DNA of 64,000 nucleotides from Chlamydiia bacterium (GTDB lineage Bacteria; Chlamydiota; Chlamydiia; Chlamydiales; GCA-2402025): NCBI GenBank assembly GCA_022601395.1, contig JAJACS010000008.1, positions 1,203 to 65,202 of the forward strand, read 5' to 3'. Shown piece by piece: positions 57,957 to 64,000 of this stretch (position 1 is its first letter; each line of letters starts with the position of its first letter). The notes under the pieces were generated by a model. It saw only the letters and a program-made list of their open reading frames with translations, ran no database searches and was not told where the DNA came from. The position numbers and the translations under genes were made by a program.

Positions 57957-60900
57957 ATGGTAAAGAGACAGGACATACGCCTTAAGAAGGTTAGTGTAAA
58001 TAACCTTAAGGCTGTAGATTTAGATTTAAAGCCCAATGAGCTGATCGTGTTTACTGGCGTTTCAGGATCTGGCAAGACCTCTCTTGCTTTTGAAACTATC
58101 TATGTCGAAGGACAAAGACGCTATATAGAATCCCTCTCAACATATGCTCGAAGATACCTTGGGGATCTCACAAAACCAAATGCTGAAAGCATTACAGGGA
58201 TCTCACCTACGATTGCTATTGAGCAAAAAAGCGTTGGCAAAAACCCTAGATCTACCGTTGGCACCCTCACAGGGATTTATGATTTCTTAAGGGTTCTTTT
58301 TGCAAAAGTGGGAACTTTTCACTGCCCGATCAGCGGAGAACCTGTTTCTCCCCAGTCACAAGAAGAAATCATCGATAAGATCCTATCTTTTCCAGCTGGA
58401 ACAAAAGCCGTCTTACTCGCTCCTTACTTAAAGCAAAAAAAAGGAACTCTTAAAGAGGATTTTGCAGAGCTTCTAAGAAAAGGATACATGAGAGTACGCC
58501 TCGACGGTAAAATGGTCGATCTCTCTGAGGATATCTCTATTAATGAATCGAAAGCACATAACCTTGATCTTGTGATCGATCGATTTGTGATTCTTAAAGA
58601 GAACCATTCAAGGGTAAAAGAAGCCATTTTGCAAGGCCTTGAGCTTGGCAAAGGTGTGATCTCCCTTTTTGAAACTGAGAAAGAAAAAGAGCATTTGTTC
58701 TCAAAGTTTGCTTTTGCAAAAAAATCCAATCAGTCTTATGAGCCGCTCGAGCCCCAGGATTTTTCTTTCAACCATCCAAGAGGGATGTGTGATGACTGTG
58801 AAGGCCTTGGTTATACAGCTGAATTTGATCTTGATTTGATCATAGATGAAGAAAAGAGCATTTCAGAGGATTGCTGTAGTATTGCTGGAAGCTATTATAC
58901 AGTGAAGTGGGGCAACATTTACACAAACCTCGGCAAACTCTATAACTTCGATGTAGACACTCCTTGGAAAGATCTTTCCAAAAGCGCAAAGAAAATTTTT
59001 CTCTACGGAACAAGAAAAAAATGGCTACGTATGCGCTTTGTACATCCTGAGAGCAAAAAAGTTTGGACCGACTATGTAAAGTGGCGTGGCGTGCTTTTCG
59101 AAGGTAAAAAGAAGATGGCTGATGCAAAAAGTGAGCTTTATCGAGAGAAGATGAAAAAGCTCATGAAGCTTGGCTCTTGTACCTCTTGTGGCGGCTCCAG
59201 GCTTAAGCCATACCCCACTGCTGCTAAATTCAAAGGTAAAACGATCCATGAAATCGTTTGCATGACTAACCACGAAGCTTTTACATTTTTTGAAAAAGCA
59301 AGCCTTAGAAAAGATGAAGAACTTATTGCAAAAGACCTCATTGCTGAAATCCAAAAAAGGCTCAGCTTTTTAGATCGCGTTGGCTTGCACTACCTTAATA
59401 TAGAACGTACAGCTCCCACACTCTCTGGAGGAGAAGCACAAAGGGTGAGGCTCGCCTCACACATTGGATCTGGATTGATTGGAACAACCTATGTACTCGA
59501 TGAACCCTCTATTGGCCTGCACCCAAGGGATAATGCGAAGCTGATCGAAACCCTCAAGACCCTAAGAGATAAAGGAAACACCGTAATCGTTGTCGAACAT
59601 GATGATGAGACTATTCTTGCTGCTGATCGAATTGTTGACGTTGGACCTTATGCTGGCGCTGAGGGAGGAGTGGTCATTGTTAACGGAGATTTAAAATCTC
59701 TTATCGAGAGTAAAGAATCTGTTACAGGCGGCTATATTAGAGGTGATCGTTGTATTGAGATCCCTAAAAAGAAAAGAGTACAGAAGGATCATTTCCTAGA
59801 GATCAAGAATGCAACGCATCACAACTTAAAAAATGTAAACGCAAAAATCCCTCTCGAGTCTTTTGTTTGTGTTACTGGGGTTTCAGGCTCTGGTAAATCT
59901 TCTCTTATCTCAGACATACTATTTCCAAAGCTTGCTAACCTTCTTCATAGAGCTGAACACAGCGTAGGAAAACATGATGAGATCACCGGAATAGAGCACA
60001 TCAATAAAGTGATAGGGATCGACCAAAGTCCTATTGGAAGAACGCCACGATCGAACCCAGCAACCTACATCAAAGTCTTCGATGATATAAGAGATCTCTT
60101 TGCTAAACTTAAAGAGAGCCAAGCCTATGGCTATAAGCCTGGTAGATTTAGCTTTAATGTTCTAGAGGGTTCTTGCCCGCACTGTAGAGGGATGGGAGCT
60201 GTCAAAGTTGACATGGACTTTATGGAAGATATCTTCGTGCCATGTAAAATCTGCAGCGGGAAAAGATTCGATAACAAAACCTTAGAAATCAAGTACAAAG
60301 AAAAGAACATTTTCGATGTTCTTGATATGAGGATCGAAGAAGCTTCTAGCTTCTTTGTGAATATTCCTCATATTTTTCATAAGCTTGAAGTTTTAGAAAA
60401 AGTCGGCCTTGGGTATTTGAAACTCGGCCAATCTTCTACCACTCTTTCTGGAGGAGAGGCGCAAAGGATTAAGCTTGCTAAAGAACTTACAAGACCTTCT
60501 ACTGGAAAAACACTTTATATCTTAGACGAGCCGACGACAGGCCTTCATTTCTATGACATCGACAAACTCATCCATATTTTACAAGCACTTGTGGACCAGG
60601 GAAATTCCGTTGTTGTGATCGAGCACAACATGGACTTTGTCAAGACATGTGATTACATGATTGATATTGGACCAGAAGGTGGAAATGCTGGCGGTGAGAT
60701 CATAGCGCAGGGATCTCCTGAGTCTATGATCAAGAAGTCAACAGATACAGCAAAGGCTCTCAAAAAAGCCTTCGCTAAGCTGGAAGATTTTGGAAGTGGT
60801 AAGAAGCGCGAAAAACCTTCTACTAAAAGCATTCCAATCACTGTAGAAGGTGCAAGTCAAAACAACCTTAAGAGCGTAGATGCAAGTATTCCTCAAGGAA

Positions 60901-63605
60901 AAATTACTGTTTGCACAGGCCCATCAGGCTCTGGGAAAAGCTCCTTTGCTTTTGAAACTGTCTACGCAGAAGGGCAAAGAAGATATGTAGAATCACTCTC
61001 CCCTTATGCTAGGCAGTTTGTAAAAGTCATGCCAAAAGCAAAAGTGGAAAGCATTGAAGGGCTTTCTCCTGCAATAGCCATCGAGCAGAAACACCATGCA
61101 GGGAACCCAAGATCTACTATCGGAACTATGACAGAAATCTACGACTATTTAAGAGTTTTCTATGCAAGACTCGGTGTTGCCTTCTGCCCTGAAACTAAAG
61201 AGCAAATCAAAACAATAAGCAAAGACTTTGTTGTATCCCAGCTGATGGAAAACACAGGTGACCGTACGATTGTTCTTGCTCCAATAAAAATCTCAAAAGC
61301 TCTTAAATTTAAAGATCAAAAGGAAAAGCTGCAGAAAGAAGGATACTTACGCATTAGACTCAATGGAGAGTATTTTGAGCTCGACGACGATGTTCCCTTT
61401 GACCCATCTATGAAAAACGAGCTGTGCCTTGTTATTGACAGAGTCATCATTAAGCCGAATGTTGAAAAAAGACTGCACGAAGCAATTGAGTCTGCAGCCT
61501 TCATCTCAAAAGGCATCTTTCTTGTTTCTAGAAATGACAAAGATCAACTTTTCAACCTCTCTTTTGCTGTAGAGTCTACAGGAAAGTCCTACCCTCCTAT
61601 CACTCCTCAAACCTTTTCATTCAACTCTGATGATGGGATGTGCATGGAGTGCTTTGGTCTGGGATTTCAAAGTAGCGCGCACTTCTTAGAAAACGACGAA
61701 GTAAAAGAAATGAGCTCGGCAGAACTCATCCTAGAGCTCATCAAAGAACATGTGGATAGAGCAACTTTCAAGCTATTCACAAAGATCCTACTTGAGGAAG
61801 GGATCGACCCCGATGCTCCTCTAGAAGAACTTTCAGAAAAGGAGCTCAAAACTCTTTTACATGGCTCCACAAAGACACATAAGATTAAAGACCGCTCATT
61901 CACTTGGCAGGGTATCTATACCCTGATTACTAAGGCAGCTTCTGCTGCGAACTCCAACATTAAAAGAAGCCTTGCTCCTTTGCTTAAGCAAAAAACTTGC
62001 AGAGCATGTAAAGGGTCAAGGTTGAACCCACTTGCAAGACATGTTGAACTAAATAAGAAAACACTCGCAAGTCTTTGCTCAATGCCTCTTTCAGAAGCTC
62101 ATAGCTTCATTGAAAAGCTTACTCTTACAAAAGAGCAAAAAAACCTCATGCAAGAAACGTATGACCAGCTTCTCTCTCGTATAAAGTTCCTCTGTAACAT
62201 CGGCCTTGATTATCTCTCTCTTGATCGATCAGCTCCTACACTCTCTGGTGGAGAAACGCAACGCATCTTCCTTGCAAGGCAACTTGGTAGTGGTCTTACA
62301 GGAAGCTTATATGTTCTAGATGAACCCACAATAGGTTTGCATCCATATAACAATCGCCTTCTGAATGAATCTCTTCTTTATCTAAGGGATCTTGGTAACA
62401 CTATTCTTCTTGTAGAGCATGACCCTCTTACACTAGAGATCGCAGACTATATTTATGATTTTGGACCGGGAGCTGGATCTCTAGGCGGAGAGATCATGGC
62501 AAGGGGAACTCTTGAGCAAATCAAGAAAGATAAGAATTCTCTCACAGGCAAATACCTCACACATAAGCTATCGATTGAAATTCCTAAAAAAAGAAGAGAG
62601 CCGAGGTCAACTTTTGATGTAAAAGGTGCAAGCATTCACAACCTCAAAAATATAAACGTAAGCTTTGGTGTTGGATGCCTGACTTGTGTGAGCGGCGTTT
62701 CAGGTTCTGGGAAATCTTCACTAATGCAAAATGTAGTAAAAGAAGAGATTGCTGATTTTTTAAACCGTAAGAAGAGAAAAAACAAACCGGTGCCAAAACA
62801 CCTTAGTGGCCTTGAGCAGTTTGATAAGCTTATTGCTATTGATCAAAACCCAATCGGTCATACCACAAGAGCTGACGTAAGCACCTATACAGATCTGCTA
62901 ACTCAGCTAAGATCTTTCTTTTCAAAACTACCCCAAGCTCAAACAAAGGGGCTTATGCCAAGGCACTTTAGCTACTACCATAAAAGAGGTATGTGCAAGA
63001 CCTGTTTTGGTTTTGGCTACAAGACAGTGGAGCTGCAATTCCTGCCGCCTGTTAAGGTCACATGTGAAGCTTGTAAAGGCATGCGACTGAATCCGCTCAG
63101 CTTAGATGTTACCTATAAAGGAAAAAACCTAGGCCAGCTTCTTAGAATTACTGTAGAAGAGGCAAAAACATTCCTGCCGCCTATTCCAAAGATCACAAAA
63201 ATCATAGAGACTTTAGAAAGTGTGGGGCTAGGTTATTTAAAACTTGGGCAAGAGATCGTCTCCCTTTCTGGTGGAGAAGCACAGAGACTAAGACTTTCAA
63301 GAGAGCTCACAAAGAGATCTACTGGAAAAACACTGTATCTCTTTGATGAACCTACAATCGGGCTTCACTTTGATGACATCAAAAAGCTTGTGAAAATCTT
63401 TCAAAAGCTTGTTGATAGCAGAAACACTGTCGTTGTTATAGAGCATAATCTAGATATCTTAATGCAAGCAGACGAAATCATAGACCTTGGTCCTAAAGGC
63501 GGGAAACATGGTGGAGAAGTTATTGCTAAAGCAACTCCAGAAAAACTGATGGAGGACAAGAGCTCCCTAACAGGTAAATACCTAAAAGAGCATCTTTGCA
63601 TTTAG
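57957..63605 (+). CDS. uvrA: Excinuclease ABC subunit A, double-length chlamydial form
   Basis: Four Walker A (G[VP]SGSGK[ST]S) and four LSGGE signature motifs; zinc-finger CxxC pairs; two tandem UvrA units. Confidence 0.97.
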   Translation: MVKRQDIRLKKVSVNNLKAVDLDLKPNELIVFTGVSGSGKTSLAFETIYVEGQRRYIESLSTYARRYLGDLTKPNAESITGISPTIAIEQKSVGKNPRSTVGTLTGIYDFLRVLFAKVGTFHCPISGEPVSPQSQEEIIDKILSFPAGTKAVLLAPYLKQKKGTLKEDFAELLRKGYMRVRLDGKMVDLSEDISINESKAHNLDLVIDRFVILKENHSRVKEAILQGLELGKGVISLFETEKEKEHLFSKFAFAKKSNQSYEPLEPQDFSFNHPRGMCDDCEGLGYTAEFDLDLIIDEEKSISEDCCSIAGSYYTVKWGNIYTNLGKLYNFDVDTPWKDLSKSAKKIFLYGTRKKWLRMRFVHPESKKVWTDYVKWRGVLFEGKKKMADAKSELYREKMKKLMKLGSCTSCGGSRLKPYPTAAKFKGKTIHEIVCMTNHEAFTFFEKASLRKDEELIAKDLIAEIQKRLSFLDRVGLHYLNIERTAPTLSGGEAQRVRLASHIGSGLIGTTYVLDEPSIGLHPRDNAKLIETLKTLRDKGNTVIVVEHDDETILAADRIVDVGPYAGAEGGVVIVNGDLKSLIESKESVTGGYIRGDRCIEIPKKKRVQKDHFLEIKNATHHNLKNVNAKIPLESFVCVTGVSGSGKSSLISDILFPKLANLLHRAEHSVGKHDEITGIEHINKVIGIDQSPIGRTPRSNPATYIKVFDDIRDLFAKLKESQAYGYKPGRFSFNVLEGSCPHCRGMGAVKVDMDFMEDIFVPCKICSGKRFDNKTLEIKYKEKNIFDVLDMRIEEASSFFVNIPHIFHKLEVLEKVGLGYLKLGQSSTTLSGGEAQRIKLAKELTRPSTGKTLYILDEPTTGLHFYDIDKLIHILQALVDQGNSVVVIEHNMDFVKTCDYMIDIGPEGGNAGGEIIAQGSPESMIKKSTDTAKALKKAFAKLEDFGSGKKREKPSTKSIPITVEGASQNNLKSVDASIPQGKITVCTGPSGSGKSSFAFETVYAEGQRRYVESLSPYARQFVKVMPKAKVESIEGLSPAIAIEQKHHAGNPRSTIGTMTEIYDYLRVFYARLGVAFCPETKEQIKTISKDFVVSQLMENTGDRTIVLAPIKISKALKFKDQKEKLQKEGYLRIRLNGEYFELDDDVPFDPSMKNELCLVIDRVIIKPNVEKRLHEAIESAAFISKGIFLVSRNDKDQLFNLSFAVESTGKSYPPITPQTFSFNSDDGMCMECFGLGFQSSAHFLENDEVKEMSSAELILELIKEHVDRATFKLFTKILLEEGIDPDAPLEELSEKELKTLLHGSTKTHKIKDRSFTWQGIYTLITKAASAANSNIKRSLAPLLKQKTCRACKGSRLNPLARHVELNKKTLASLCSMPLSEAHSFIEKLTLTKEQKNLMQETYDQLLSRIKFLCNIGLDYLSLDRSAPTLSGGETQRIFLARQLGSGLTGSLYVLDEPTIGLHPYNNRLLNESLLYLRDLGNTILLVEHDPLTLEIADYIYDFGPGAGSLGGEIMARGTLEQIKKDKNSLTGKYLTHKLSIEIPKKRREPRSTFDVKGASIHNLKNINVSFGVGCLTCVSGVSGSGKSSLMQNVVKEEIADFLNRKKRKNKPVPKHLSGLEQFDKLIAIDQNPIGHTTRADVSTYTDLLTQLRSFFSKLPQAQTKGLMPRHFSYYHKRGMCKTCFGFGYKTVELQFLPPVKVTCEACKGMRLNPLSLDVTYKGKNLGQLLRITVEEAKTFLPPIPKITKIIETLESVGLGYLKLGQEIVSLSGGEAQRLRLSRELTKRSTGKTLYLFDEPTIGLHFDDIKKLVKIFQKLVDSRNTVVVIEHNLDILMQADEIIDLGPKGGKHGGEVIAKATPEKLMEDKSSLTGKYLKEHLCI

Positions 63606-63611
63606 TAGATA

Positions 63612-63956
63612 CTATTGAATGATTTTTACTTTTGAAGAGGTAGCTTTATTCTGAGCCCTCTTTTTTGAAAGTACAGAGTTTGAAACAAAAAGAACGGCAT
63701 CTTTTGATTTTTTTTCAATCTCATAAAGAGGTAATACACCTTTAAGTAAAGGATGTGAAAAGTTCTCTAAAAGCTCTTTCATCTTCTTTACTTTTTTTGT
63801 TGTATGATCGACTGTCTCCTCTTCTTCATCCTGTCCTGAACTAAATGAGGAGGAAGAGTCTCTGTCCCCTTTTGTTTTATGCGTGCTGCCATCTCGTGCA
63901 TAGGGGTTCTTGTAAAGGCTTCTAAGATTCTGAATATCAGACATCGTTTTGCTCAT
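63612..63956 (-). CDS. Hypothetical protein
   Basis: Open frame convergent with uvrA. TGGTATAAT (63977-63985, minus strand) overlaps the track's TTG start, so ATG 63956 or 63944 is more likely. Confidence 0.55.
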   Translation of the reverse strand: MSKTMSDIQNLRSLYKNPYARDGSTHKTKGDRDSSSSFSSGQDEEEETVDHTTKKVKKMKELLENFSHPLLKGVLPLYEIEKKSKDAVLFVSNSVLSKKRAQNKATSSKVKIIQ

Positions 63957-64000
63957 TTTTTTTGGTTTTAAGTTCAATTATACCATGGATTAGTAATAAA

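Noticed and set aside
57957-63605. Double-length UvrA as a novel fusion or assembly error
   Set aside because: A known feature of chlamydial UvrA; the two halves are highly diverged, so it is not an assembly duplication.

Overview
A chromosomal segment from an environmental member of the phylum Chlamydiota. Support: the PVC-superphylum signature small basic protein, a double-length UvrA, DUF3604, HEAT-repeat and LptD-like genes, and Chlamydia-like gene order (pyrG-yqgF-zwf-pgl, tpiA-xseA-xseB-dxs, cydAB-dacA-ybbR-htrB, pyk-uvrA). It also carries genes I do not recall from Chlamydiaceae (opcA, ugd, holC, a cation-chloride cotransporter). Most of the window is housekeeping genes. Four genes are missing from the ORF track: pfp at the left edge, rpmG, and two small basic proteins. 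I found no rRNA, tRNA, CRISPR array or mobile element. Several monocistronic orphan genes with AT-rich promoters and effector-like N-termini are interspersed. The most notable locus is an island at about 29.2-33.4 kb. There, two divergently transcribed genes flanking maf are previously unannotated paralogs that share a conserved core but have different tails carrying eukaryote-type motifs. One ends in a CENP-C-motif-like peptide (LRRSKRxxxxPLxY). The other has an extended PP1-docking motif (KKNVTFxxxVxVxxF), an NLS-like cluster and a histone-H1-like repeat tail. I infer a candidate family of chromatin-targeting secreted effectors. All family calls come from motif recognition by eye; no database searches were run.
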